Assembly (NCBI GenBank): GCA_965223705.1
Contig: OZ245015.1
Location: forward strand, 3,072,001-3,136,000
Direction: 5' to 3'
DNA: 64,000 bases
DNA from: Myxococcota bacterium
Lineage (GTDB): Bacteria > Myxococcota_A > UBA9160 > UBA6930
Below are positions 37,128 through 46,957 of the stretch, piece by piece. A program made the translations under genes and the position numbers. How positions within the stretch are numbered: the stretch's first letter is position 1; the number at the start of each line of letters is the position of its first letter. Under the pieces are notes generated by a model that searched no databases, was not told where the DNA came from, and was given only the letters and a program-made list of their open reading frames with translations.

Positions 37128-38612
37128 CTAGAGGGGGACGTAGGTCGGACGGTCGCCGGAGATGCGAACGCGTTCGCCGACGAGGTTTCGACCGGCCAAC
37201 TCCTTGGCCGCATCGGCCGAGACGCGAGCCGTGACGCGCGACCCGTCTGCGAGCGTTGCGATGACGGGTGCCGCGACGACGTCGCCGCCGCGGCCGTACA
37301 CCACCGTCGCCGCTTCGACCGTGGCCTCGCCCGAAGCCTCGAGCACCACCGGTTCCGCGCTGCGATCGATCCGCTCCTGATCCTTCGACGAATCCGAGAG
37401 GCAGAACCCGGCACTCGGCGGGTTCGCGCCGTAGACCCCAGCCGCGTGCTTCGACATGTAGCCGCCGTTCGCGCTCACAAAGCCCACTTCGCCGCTCTCC
37501 CGAATGCGCAGGGCCATCGAGGCGATGGCGTGGGTCGAATAGTTGTTTCCCGGCCCCCCGAAATACGGGAGCCCGCCCGTGACCGTGAGTTCGCGGCTGT
37601 CCCCGGGGTCGATACCCAAACCGGCTGCCGCCACTTCGACGGCCACCGGGAAGCAGGAATACAAGTCGATGTGCGCGCAATCGTCGGCGCCAAGGCCGGC
37701 GGCTTCAAGCGCGAGGCGAGACGTTGCGGTCATCGCGGCGGAAGTCCCGAGATCCGGCCTGGCGGACGGCGGGAGCTCCTTCGCGGCGGCCCCGGACCAG
37801 GGGAACACACATCCGTCATGAACTCCCAATTCCCGGGCAATCGCCAAGCTCGTCAAGACGAGCGCCGCTCCCTGGTCGACGTTCGGGAAGGAATTCATCG
37901 AGCGGTTGTAGGGCTCGGCGATCAAACGGTTCGCGTCGGTGACGCTCGCAATCTCTTCGGCGGTCTGAGCCTTCGGAAACCAAGCGTAGGGGTTGCGGGA
38001 TGCGACTTCGGTAAAGCGCGCCATCAGGGGGGCGATGGCCGCGCGCTGCTCGGCGTGCGAGCGACCGGCGCGCTTCGCCAAGACGCTCTCGAACATCGGA
38101 TAAACCGTCGACGGCACGTTCAGGCCGTTTCGGACCTCGGCTTTACCCAGAATCCCTTCGAGGGTCGGGCCCACGGTGCGGCCGGTTTTTTCGAACTCGA
38201 TATTCGCATTGGCCACTTCGAGGAAGTTCGCGTTCGGTTCGCCGACGCGCAGGGAACGCGTGGCTTCGGCACCCGCAATGAGGGTCGTGCCCAGGCGACC
38301 GGCTGCGATGTCATCCGCGGCTCGGTTGACCAGGAACTGGGGCATGTTCCCGCCGTGGCTCGAGAGTTCGCACGCAGCGCCGCGAATTCCCAACGCCGCG
38401 GCGAGCTCCCCGGCCGGGTCGGGACCGCAGCGGGAGAACGAAATGGCCACGACGGTGACCCGGTCGACGCGATCGCGTAGGGCGGGCGCTTCGTCGAACG
38501 CACGCTCGGCGGCCCGGGCCGCCATCTCGACGGCCGACGTCAAGTTCTCGCGTTCGATCGATTGACCGACGGCGACGAGAACGGGCGTGCGCTCGGGGTT
38601 CGGCTGACTCAT
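37128..38612 (-). CDS. Thiolase-like protein with C-terminal extension
   Basis: HGGNMPQ, GAEA, VDQGAA, DLYSCFP, TVTGGLPYFGGPGNNY, SKHAAG. Confidence 0.85.
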   Translation of the reverse strand: MSQPNPERTPVLVAVGQSIERENLTSAVEMAARAAERAFDEAPALRDRVDRVTVVAISFSRCGPDPAGELAAALGIRGAACELSSHGGNMPQFLVNRAADDIAAGRLGTTLIAGAEATRSLRVGEPNANFLEVANANIEFEKTGRTVGPTLEGILGKAEVRNGLNVPSTVYPMFESVLAKRAGRSHAEQRAAIAPLMARFTEVASRNPYAWFPKAQTAEEIASVTDANRLIAEPYNRSMNSFPNVDQGAALVLTSLAIARELGVHDGCVFPWSGAAAKELPPSARPDLGTSAAMTATSRLALEAAGLGADDCAHIDLYSCFPVAVEVAAAGLGIDPGDSRELTVTGGLPYFGGPGNNYSTHAIASMALRIRESGEVGFVSANGGYMSKHAAGVYGANPPSAGFCLSDSSKDQERIDRSAEPVVLEASGEATVEAATVVYGRGGDVVAAPVIATLADGSRVTARVSADAAKELAGRNLVGERVRISGDRPTYVPL

Positions 38613-38646
38613 GAAGATCTCCTCGGGACAGTCTACGCTCGAACGC

Positions 38647-39600
38647 ATGATTTCACCGAACTTCGAAACGATCACGAGCGGAGGGGTTTCGCTCCGGACG
38701 GTGGTCGAAGGCGATGGCCCTCTGGTCGTGCTTCTCCACGGCTTCCCTCAGTGCTGGTATTTGTGGCGGCACCAGATCGGCCCGCTGGCGGCGGCGGGCT
38801 ACCGAGTGGCCGTCCCGGATCAGCGCGGCTACGGCGGGAGCGACGCACCGGAACCGATCGAGGCCTACGACATCCTCCACTTGACCGACGACGTCGTGGC
38901 GATCGCCGACGCCCTCGGACACCGCGAATTCGTCGTCGTCGGCCACGACTGGGGCGCGCCCGTGGCGTGGCATACCGCCCTCCTCCACGAAGGCCGGGTC
39001 CGCGCCGTCGCCGGTCTGGCGGTCCCCTACGCCCGTTTCGAAACGCCCCAAGCCCTGACCCGTCAGGAGTTCTGGGGCGACCGGTTCTGGTACACGGTCT
39101 ACTTCCAGACTCCCGGGCGAGCGGAAGCCGAGCTCGACGCCGATCTCCGGCGCTCCCTCCGCCTGACGTATTTCGCGGCATCGGGAGACTTTTCAGGATC
39201 GCTTGTCGATCTAAAAAAACCGAGCAGTGCTGGCTTCTTGGACGGCATCCCCGAACCGACGGGCGAGCTTTCGTGGCTCTCGGAGAACGACCTCGACTAC
39301 TACGTTTCGCAGTACGCTCGCAACGGCTTTCGCGGACCGCTCAACTGGTACCGGAACCTCGAACGCAACGTCGAGATCACGCCGATGTTGCGCGAAAAGA
39401 CCGTGTCCCAGCCGGCCTACTTTCTGGCCGGAGAGCGCGACCCGGTGCTCTCATTCCCCGGCGACTGGCTCGGCGCGATGGATCGATGGGTCCCCAACTT
39501 GGTCGGCAAGGACCTCGTCCCAGGTGCCGGGCATTGGGTTCCGGTCGAGGCGCCCGAAACCGTCACCGAGAAACTCCTGGGTTTTCTCGCTTCACTGTAA
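38647..39600 (+). CDS. Soluble epoxide hydrolase (alpha/beta fold)
   Basis: HGFP, PDQRGYG, GHDWGA, LNWYRN, GAGHW. Confidence 0.93.
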   Translation: MISPNFETITSGGVSLRTVVEGDGPLVVLLHGFPQCWYLWRHQIGPLAAAGYRVAVPDQRGYGGSDAPEPIEAYDILHLTDDVVAIADALGHREFVVVGHDWGAPVAWHTALLHEGRVRAVAGLAVPYARFETPQALTRQEFWGDRFWYTVYFQTPGRAEAELDADLRRSLRLTYFAASGDFSGSLVDLKKPSSAGFLDGIPEPTGELSWLSENDLDYYVSQYARNGFRGPLNWYRNLERNVEITPMLREKTVSQPAYFLAGERDPVLSFPGDWLGAMDRWVPNLVGKDLVPGAGHWVPVEAPETVTEKLLGFLASL

Positions 39601-39643
39601 TCGGAGCTAGCCTTCGGAACTTCCACACCGAGAGGTCTACGTG

Positions 39644-40819
39644 ATGGAACTCCAGGACGCGTACTACATCGACGGGGTCCGCCTCCCGATCGGACGCGCG
39701 CGTGCGTCGGGGTATTTCGGCGGGACGCGCGCCGACGACATGGCGGTCCGGACCGTGCGCGCGCTGCTCGAGCGCAACCCGGGGCTCGACCCGATCGACA
39801 TCGACGACGTCGTGATCGCCGCCACGGCGCAAGTCGGTGACCAAGGACTCACCTTGGGCCGCTCGGTCGGCGTCCTGGCGGGGCTTCCCAAAGCGGTACC
39901 CGGTTACGCCGTCGACCGCATGTGCGCGGGTGGGCTCACCGCGATCGTCAACGCCGCGAACGCGATCCGGGTGGGCGGCCAAGACGTGGTTCTCGCCGGC
40001 GGCGTCGAGCACATGGGCCGGCACCCCATGGCGGCGGAGGTCGACCCGAATCCGCGTTTCCTCGCCGAGGGGCTCGTCGATCCCTCGGCCCTCGTGATGG
40101 GGTCGACCGCGGAGAACATCCACGACGAGCAGCCGGCGATCACCCGCGAACGCGCCGACGAGTTCGCGCTCCTTTCTCAGGAACGCACGGCCAAAGCCCA
40201 GGCGGAAGGCGTGTTCGCCGACCACCTGATCCGCATGCCGGTTTGGTCCGACGAGGGAATTCACGTCGTCGCGACGGACGAACATCCCCGGCCCGGCACG
40301 ACCCTCGAGGAACTTTCCGGGCTGCGTTCGCCCTTCCGTGCGGGCGGGCGGGTCACCGCGGGCAACGCCGCGGGCCTGAACGACGGCGCCGGGTGCGTGC
40401 TCCTCGCGAGCGACGCCGCGGCGGATCGTATGAAGGCGCGCAAGAGGATGCGCATGCTGACGTTCGCGTTCGCCGGCGTCGCCCCCGAGACCATGGGCTA
40501 CGGGCCGATTCCCGCGTGCGAAAAACTCCTGCACAAAGCCGGCCTGGGGATCGACGACATCGACGTCATCGAGCTGAACGAGGCCTTCGCAGTCCAGTGC
40601 GTGGCGTTCCTCGACCACTTCGACCTGCCTCTCGAGAGCGGCAAAGTAAACCCCTACGGAGGCGCTATCGCATTGGGCCATCCACTCGCGATGTCGGGTG
40701 CGCGCCTGGCCATGCAACTCGCGTCGTATTTCGACCGCAACGAGGGCGCGAAACTCGGTCTGACCGCCATGTGCGTCGGCCTCGGCATGGGCGCCGCCGT
40801 TCTTTGGGAGCGCGCGTGA
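39644..40819 (+). CDS. fadA: 3-ketoacyl-CoA thiolase
   Basis: RMCAGG, TAGNA, NEAFA, GGAIALGHP, MCVGLG. Confidence 0.93.
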   Translation: MELQDAYYIDGVRLPIGRARASGYFGGTRADDMAVRTVRALLERNPGLDPIDIDDVVIAATAQVGDQGLTLGRSVGVLAGLPKAVPGYAVDRMCAGGLTAIVNAANAIRVGGQDVVLAGGVEHMGRHPMAAEVDPNPRFLAEGLVDPSALVMGSTAENIHDEQPAITRERADEFALLSQERTAKAQAEGVFADHLIRMPVWSDEGIHVVATDEHPRPGTTLEELSGLRSPFRAGGRVTAGNAAGLNDGAGCVLLASDAAADRMKARKRMRMLTFAFAGVAPETMGYGPIPACEKLLHKAGLGIDDIDVIELNEAFAVQCVAFLDHFDLPLESGKVNPYGGAIALGHPLAMSGARLAMQLASYFDRNEGAKLGLTAMCVGLGMGAAVLWERA

Positions 40820-42867
40820 GCGAACCCGTCACCGACTTCAAGCTCAAGTGGTGGGACAGCCCAGAAGCGGGCCGCCTCGCCCTCCTGACCATCGACAACG
40901 GCGAGGACTACACCAAGCCGACGACTTTCGGCGAGGCGGCGCTCGACAACCTCGAACGAACGCTCGACGCGATCGAGGCGGACGAACCTCGCGGCCTGCT
41001 CCTGACGGGCAAGCCGTTCATCTTCGCCGCCGGCGCCAACCTCGATGAGTTCATCGGTGCCGACGCCGCGTTCGCACGTCGGGCGGGTGCCCGCGGGCAT
41101 GCGTTGTTCGGCCGGATCCGCGACTTGCCCGTTCCGACCCTCGCCGCAATCAACGGCGTCTGCATGGGCGGCGGCCTGGAAATCGCTCTCCATTGCGATC
41201 ACCGGACCTTGTCCCGCAATGCGCGCGCCCTCGCCTTCCCGGAAGTCTTCCTTTCGATCGTGCCGGCGTGGGGAGGGACGCAGCTCGCACCGCGCGCGAT
41301 CGGCGGTCCCCGGGCCCTCGAAGTCATCGTTCACAACGCGCTCAACCAGAATCGCACCTTGCGTCCAGAGCAGGCCTTCGAGCTCGGGTTGGCCGATTGG
41401 TTGATCGAACCGGTCGACTTTCTCGAAGAGTCGTTGCGGATCCTCGAGTCCTTGGCCCGCGGCGAGACGCCGGAGCGCGAGGCTGCAGACCGCACCGACG
41501 ACGCGACGAGTCTCGAAGAAGCGGTTGCCCGAGCGCGGGCATTTGCCGAAGCGAAGGTCCACGGCGCGACCCGCGCGCCCGAGCTCGCCATCGATTTGAT
41601 CGAGTTCGCCGCCTCGGGCGGGGATCTCGACGCCGGACTCGAGCGCGAGCGGGAGGCGCTCGCGGAGCTCCTGCCGGCGAGACAGGCCCAAGCCTCGACC
41701 TACAGCTTCCAGCTGACGCAACAGCGCGTCGGGAAACAGCCCTGGAAGCCCGACGTCGCGGGCCATCCGCTCGGCCGAGTCGCCGTCGTGGGCGCGGGCC
41801 TGATGGGCGCGCAGCTCGGCGCCCTCTTCCTGCAGCGCACCGAGCTGCCCCTCGTGATGAAAGACATCGCGGACGACGTGCTCGGAACCGCGCGCGAGCA
41901 CATCGAGGCAACGCTCGATGAGCGTGTCGCGAAAGGCCGGCTCGCCGCGGGCAAGGCGGCGTTTCTGAAATCCCTCGTCACGTACACCACCGACGACGCG
42001 GACCTCGCCGGCTCGGATTTCGTCATCGAGGCCGTTCTCGAGTCCGTCGCGTTGAAGCGCAAAATCTTCGGCGCGCTCGAAGAGGTCGTGGCGCCGACCT
42101 GTGTGTTCGCGACGAATACATCTTCCCTGTCGGTCACCGAGATCGCAGAGGAGCTCGAACATCCCGGACGCGTCGTGGGTTTTCACTTCTTCAACCCGGT
42201 GAAAGTCCTGCCCTTGGTCGAATTGGTGCGGGGTCGCCAGACCGACGACGTCACCTTCTCGACAGCGTTCGAGGTGGCGGCGCGGCTGGGTAAGAGCGCG
42301 GTGGCGTGCGCCGACGCACCGGCCTTTGTCGTGAACCGCTTGCTCACGCGTTTTCTGGCGCCGTGTCTCGAGGCCGCGACCGCGGGAACCTCCTTCGAGA
42401 CGGTCGATCGCGCCATCGAAGCGCTCGGCATGCCGATGGGTCCCTTCAAGTTGATCGGATTGGTGGGCCCGAAGATCGCTGTACATACAGGAGAATCGCT
42501 TCACCGGGCGTTCCCGGATCGCTTTGGGACCGACGCGAATCTAAAGCGCCTCGCGGAGTCCGGACTGCCCGGCGTCTATGGGTTCGACGGAAAGATCAAC
42601 GAAGACGCGCGGGCGCTGTGGGAAACCGAGGGCGAGCCCAGCAGCGAAGAAGAGGTGCGCCGCGCCGCGCTTCGCGCGGTGGCCGACGAAGCGAAGCGGC
42701 TCCTCGACGAAGGCGTCGTCGCGGACGCGCGGGATATCGACACCTGCATGATCCTCGGCGCGGGTTGGCCGTTCTTCATGGGTGGGATCTGCCTCTATCT
42801 CGATCAAATCGGCTTGAGCGAGGAGCTCTTCGGAGCGCGACTGGTCGGCGCGTCGGATCGGGCCTAG
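40816..42867 (+). CDS. fadB: Enoyl-CoA hydratase/3-hydroxyacyl-CoA dehydrogenase (beta-oxidation multifunctional subunit)
   Basis: FAAGA, GGGLE, PE..L...PAWGGT, GAGLMG, TNTSS, HFFNP; GTGA overlap. Confidence 0.92.
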   Translation: MSEPVTDFKLKWWDSPEAGRLALLTIDNGEDYTKPTTFGEAALDNLERTLDAIEADEPRGLLLTGKPFIFAAGANLDEFIGADAAFARRAGARGHALFGRIRDLPVPTLAAINGVCMGGGLEIALHCDHRTLSRNARALAFPEVFLSIVPAWGGTQLAPRAIGGPRALEVIVHNALNQNRTLRPEQAFELGLADWLIEPVDFLEESLRILESLARGETPEREAADRTDDATSLEEAVARARAFAEAKVHGATRAPELAIDLIEFAASGGDLDAGLEREREALAELLPARQAQASTYSFQLTQQRVGKQPWKPDVAGHPLGRVAVVGAGLMGAQLGALFLQRTELPLVMKDIADDVLGTAREHIEATLDERVAKGRLAAGKAAFLKSLVTYTTDDADLAGSDFVIEAVLESVALKRKIFGALEEVVAPTCVFATNTSSLSVTEIAEELEHPGRVVGFHFFNPVKVLPLVELVRGRQTDDVTFSTAFEVAARLGKSAVACADAPAFVVNRLLTRFLAPCLEAATAGTSFETVDRAIEALGMPMGPFKLIGLVGPKIAVHTGESLHRAFPDRFGTDANLKRLAESGLPGVYGFDGKINEDARALWETEGEPSSEEEVRRAALRAVADEAKRLLDEGVVADARDIDTCMILGAGWPFFMGGICLYLDQIGLSEELFGARLVGASDRA

Positions 42868-42872
42868 CTCTC

Positions 42873-44153
42873 GTGCCGACGACCCTCGCCGAAGTGCCTT
42901 TGTGGCAGCAGCAAGCGCCGTTGCCGGACGACTTGGGTCGAGACGCGCCGCCGGAGCGCTGCGAGGTCGCGATCATCGGTGGCGGCTACACCGGTCTGGG
43001 CGCTGCTCGTGAGCTCTCGAGAATGGGAATCCAGGCCGTGGTGTTCGACGCTCTGCCGATCGGCCACGGCGCATCCTCGCGCAACGGCGGCAAAGCGCTG
43101 GTGGGCCTGAAGCACGACGCATCGCACGTCGTTGCACAACTGGGGCCGACGGTCGGGGAAGCCCTGTGGCGCGCGTCGCTCGAGGGCATCGACCGCATCG
43201 AAGAACTCGCGCTGGAAGAAGGCATCGACTGCGATTTCGAGCGTTGTGGCTCGACCTACCTCGCTTCGAAACCCGCGCACTTCGACGCCATGCGCCGCGA
43301 GAGCGAGTGGCTCGACGCGAACTTCGGCTATGCGCGCACGGACGTGGCCCGCTCGGACCTGGCGGACGAGATCGGCACGGACACCTATTTCGGCGCCACG
43401 GTCGACCCGCCGAGCGCCGGGATCCACCCGGCAAAGTGGGTGCGGGGCCTCGCGCACGCGGCGGCTCGGGCCGGCGCGATGCTCTGTGGGCAGACGCCTG
43501 TCACATCGATCATTCGCCGCGCCGAGGGGTTCCGTCTGCGAACCGGAGCCGGGGACGTCGTCGCCCGTGAGATCCTGATTGCGACGAACGGATATACCGG
43601 TCCGCTGGATCGCAGCATCCAACGCCGCGTGATCCCGGTCGGGAGCTACATCATCGCGACGGATCCGCTTCCCGAAGCCGTGGGGACGCGCTTGTCGCCG
43701 CGCGGGCGCATGTTCTACGACTCGAAGTGGTTCTTGAAGTATTTCAGGCTAACCCCTGACGGGCGGATGCTCTTCGGTGGGCGGACAACCATTTCGCCGG
43801 ATCAGGATCTCCACCGGAGCGCGCGCCTCCTTCGAGACGACATGGTGCGCATGTTCCCGAGCCTTCGTAACACGCGGGTCACCCATTCGTGGAGCGGCCG
43901 GCTCGGCGTGACCTTCGACGCCCTTCCACACATCGGGCGCCGAAACGGGCTCCACTACGCACTGGGTTATGGGGGGCACGGCGTGGCGCTCTCAATCGTT
44001 CTGGCGGAACACGCCGCGCAGTGGATCGCCGGCAAGCGCGACAGCAGCGTCTTCCTCGAGATCCCGCACGCGACGCGCTTTTTCCACCGCGGGGACCCGT
44101 GGTTCCGGCCCTTCCTGGGCGCGGGACTCCGTTTTCTCGACTGGATCAGCTAG
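42873..44153 (+). CDS. FAD-dependent amine oxidase (PuuB/DadA family)
   Basis: IIGGGYTG, GASSRNGG, ATNGYT, YFRLTPDGRMLFGG, GYGGHG. Confidence 0.9.
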   Translation: MPTTLAEVPLWQQQAPLPDDLGRDAPPERCEVAIIGGGYTGLGAARELSRMGIQAVVFDALPIGHGASSRNGGKALVGLKHDASHVVAQLGPTVGEALWRASLEGIDRIEELALEEGIDCDFERCGSTYLASKPAHFDAMRRESEWLDANFGYARTDVARSDLADEIGTDTYFGATVDPPSAGIHPAKWVRGLAHAAARAGAMLCGQTPVTSIIRRAEGFRLRTGAGDVVAREILIATNGYTGPLDRSIQRRVIPVGSYIIATDPLPEAVGTRLSPRGRMFYDSKWFLKYFRLTPDGRMLFGGRTTISPDQDLHRSARLLRDDMVRMFPSLRNTRVTHSWSGRLGVTFDALPHIGRRNGLHYALGYGGHGVALSIVLAEHAAQWIAGKRDSSVFLEIPHATRFFHRGDPWFRPFLGAGLRFLDWIS

Positions 44154-46095
44154 CCGCGTCCACCCCTTCCAGCGGTTCGATGTGGTCGAGCGATTCGGGG
44201 TTTTCCATGCTCGAGAGATCGCCGGGTGCGCGCCCGAGTGCCAAGGCTTTGATCACGCGCCGCATGATCTTTTGCGAGCGGGTTCGCGGGAGGTCCGGAA
44301 CCGCGAGGATCCGCTTCGGCCGAAAGGCCTTGCCGACCACCGACACGATCTGTGCTTCGACTTCGGGGAGCAGCGACGCAGGCGCCGCCGCGTCGGGCGC
44401 CGGAACGACGTAGGTCACGATGACCTCGCCTTTGACGGGGTCCGGCACGCCGATGGCCGCAGCCATCGCGACCCCGCCATGGGCCACCGCGGCGTCCTCG
44501 ATCTCCGCCGGACCGATGCGCTTACCGGCGATGTTCAGCGTGTCGTCGGAGCGGCCGTGGAGAAACCAGAAACCGTCCTCGTCGACGGTCGCCCAGTCGC
44601 CGTGGACCCAGACGTCGGGCCACCGGCTCCAGTAAGTCTCGAGATAGCGCTCGCGATCGCCGAAAAAGCCACGCGTGGCACCCGGCCAGTGGGCCTTGCA
44701 GACGAGCTCTCCGACTTCACCTCGAAGGGGCTCGCCATCCTCGCTGAAGACGTCCATCGCCAGCCCGAGGCAGGGCCCGCCGACCGAGCACGGTTTCAAC
44801 CCTTGATGGGGGTTCGCAGCGAGGAAACACGCGCCCACCTCGGTGCCACCGGACATGTTGATGATCGGCCGCTTGCCTCCGCCAACCGTCTCGAACAGCC
44901 ACCACCAGGGCGATGGGTTCCACACCTCACCCGTCGAACCGAAGGTCCGCAGAGAATCGAGGCTCGCACCCGTCAGGTGTTCGTCGCCGTGGCTCGCGAG
45001 AGCGCGGACGAGCGTCGGCGATACCCCGAGCGCCGTAATGCGAAGCTCGTCGACGAGCCGCCACAGCGCACCGGGATCGGGGTAATCCGGCGCCCCGTCG
45101 ATCAATGCGATCGCCGCGCCATTGCCCAGCGCGGCCGTGATGAGCCACGGGCCCATGATCCAGCCCATATCGGTGACCCACGTCGCGACGTCGTCCGGTT
45201 GGTAGTCGAGCTGGAACGCCCCTTCTTGGATGATCTTGATCGCGGCGCCGCCGTGGGGAAGCAAGATGCCTTTGGGCTTTCCCGTCGTGCCCGACGTGTA
45301 GCCGAGGAGAAACGGCGCTTCGCTGTCGACGGGAACCGGCGCCGCGGGCTCGGCAGCCGCCAGGATCTCAGCCCACGCGACGTCTCGGCCGTCCTCCCAG
45401 GGCACGTTACTTCGCCCGACGTAGTCGACGACTGCGACGCGAAGGGGAAGTCCGACCCGATCGAGGGCCGCATCCGCCGTCTCCTTCATCGGGACGACCC
45501 GGCCGCGCCTCGAGACGCCGTCCGCCGTGACCAGGACCTTGGGGCGTGCGTCGGACACGCGGGCGGCAATCGCGTCGACGCCGAAACCCGAAAAGATCGG
45601 AACGAACAGGCCGCCGACGCGAGCCGTCGCCAGCAGCACGATCGCGGCTTCGGGACTCATCGGCAGGAAGCAGGCGACGGGATCGCCGGTGCCGACGCCG
45701 ACGCTTCGGAGCCAACCGGCCACCCGAGCGACGGCGTCCCGTAGCTCGCCGAAGGTCAGCGATCGCCGCGCGCCGTCCTCACGGGCGGCGCGAATCGCAA
45801 CGCGGTCGGGATCCCGATCGGCCCAGCGATCGACGCACGCTCGGGAGAGGTTGAGCTCGCCTCCGACAAACCAGCGGCCGAATGGCACGCCATGGCTTCC
45901 GTCGTAGACCGCCCGGTAAGGCGTCTCGAACGGGATCGCGAGGTAATCGACCACGGCGTCCCAAAACCAAGTCGGCTCCGCGATCGACCGGGCCACGAGG
46001 TCCGCGTAAGCACCGATCCCGTGGCGATCCATGAATTTCTGGGTGTGGGAGCGGGCGATGATCGAAGCGTCGGGTCGCCAGACAATCTCAGACAA
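44146..46095 (-). CDS. AMP-dependent acyl-CoA synthetase (acetyl-CoA synthetase-like)
   Basis: YTSGTTGKPKG, SGGTE, HGD, GRSDD, LPRTRSQKIMRR; GGAGG RBS before TTG. Confidence 0.93.
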   Translation of the reverse strand: MSEIVWRPDASIIARSHTQKFMDRHGIGAYADLVARSIAEPTWFWDAVVDYLAIPFETPYRAVYDGSHGVPFGRWFVGGELNLSRACVDRWADRDPDRVAIRAAREDGARRSLTFGELRDAVARVAGWLRSVGVGTGDPVACFLPMSPEAAIVLLATARVGGLFVPIFSGFGVDAIAARVSDARPKVLVTADGVSRRGRVVPMKETADAALDRVGLPLRVAVVDYVGRSNVPWEDGRDVAWAEILAAAEPAAPVPVDSEAPFLLGYTSGTTGKPKGILLPHGGAAIKIIQEGAFQLDYQPDDVATWVTDMGWIMGPWLITAALGNGAAIALIDGAPDYPDPGALWRLVDELRITALGVSPTLVRALASHGDEHLTGASLDSLRTFGSTGEVWNPSPWWWLFETVGGGKRPIINMSGGTEVGACFLAANPHQGLKPCSVGGPCLGLAMDVFSEDGEPLRGEVGELVCKAHWPGATRGFFGDRERYLETYWSRWPDVWVHGDWATVDEDGFWFLHGRSDDTLNIAGKRIGPAEIEDAAVAHGGVAMAAAIGVPDPVKGEVIVTYVVPAPDAAAPASLLPEVEAQIVSVVGKAFRPKRILAVPDLPRTRSQKIMRRVIKALALGRAPGDLSSMENPESLDHIEPLEGVDAAS

Positions 46096-46118
46096 AAGGC
46101 ATCCTCCAGCCGTGTGCT

Positions 46119-46184
46119 GCCCTGCGGTACGTCCGTCGCCTTGCGTGTTTCGCCCTGCGGTACGTCCGTGGCTTTGCGTGTGTC
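46119..46184. repeat. Two imperfect 33-bp tandem copies in a divergent intergenic region
   Basis: GCCCTGCGGTACGTCCGTCGCCTTGCGTGTTTC followed by GCCCTGCGGTACGTCCGTGGCTTTGCGTGTGTC. Confidence 0.9.
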
Positions 46185-46195
46185 ATCCTCACGCC

Positions 46196-46900
46196 GTGGC
46201 TCAAGCGATTCAACGACCGCCCGAAGTCAGCGCGCACGGAGAACGAATCGCGGGGCTCGCTCGGGATCGTAACCCCGACCGGCCCTGGTACCGGTATGCG
46301 TATCGCCTCCTGCCCGCCGACGCCCGCGGGACCTGGTTCGATCTGGGTTGCGGCCAGGGAGAACTCCTCGAGGAGGCGCGCCGACGCGGCCTGCGCGGGA
46401 TGGGGCTCGACGTCTCCCGCGACAACGCGAAGGCGACCCTGCGAAGCGGCGCCCACAGCCTGGTGGGCGACCTCAACCGGGGCCTGCCCTTCGCGGACGC
46501 TGCACTCGCCGGCGCCACGCTGGTGGAGGTCATCGAGCACATCATCCAGGCGGAGAGTCTGCTCGCCGAGCTTCACCGGGTGATTCGACCCGGCGGTTGG
46601 CTGATCTTGACGACGCCGAATGTCGTCCACTGGACGTACCGTGTTCGGGCGCTGACGGGCCACCCGCCGAAACAAGAGGGCTATCACTACCGCTTCTTCA
46701 CGAAAGCGCTGTTGCGAAGGGTCCTCGCCGATGCCGGCTTTGAGCTCCGCGAGCGCGGTTCCTTCGGCAAGAACGCGCTGCTGACGAAGCTCCTGCGTCG
46801 CCGGCGCGGGAAGGATTTCAAGTACCGCTACCTCGTCCCGGGGCCCGTCGAGGGTCTGCTGGCGCAACATTTCGTCTGGAAGCTCGAGCGCGTGAACTGA
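46196..46900 (+). CDS. Class I SAM-dependent methyltransferase (start uncertain)
   Basis: DLGCGQG, EVIEH, RVIRPGG.LILTTPN, H.RFFT. Confidence 0.88.
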   Translation: MAQAIQRPPEVSAHGERIAGLARDRNPDRPWYRYAYRLLPADARGTWFDLGCGQGELLEEARRRGLRGMGLDVSRDNAKATLRSGAHSLVGDLNRGLPFADAALAGATLVEVIEHIIQAESLLAELHRVIRPGGWLILTTPNVVHWTYRVRALTGHPPKQEGYHYRFFTKALLRRVLADAGFELRERGSFGKNALLTKLLRRRRGKDFKYRYLVPGPVEGLLAQHFVWKLERVN

Positions 46901-46957
46901 CCGCCTCCCGAGCCGGTCCGTGTACAATGGGCCGGTCGAAGCTCCGGAGGGGACGGG

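Noticed and set aside
39922..42867. 981-aa ORF as a giant fusion protein
   Set aside because: The first part is an off-frame shadow of the thiolase; FadB starts at GTG 40816
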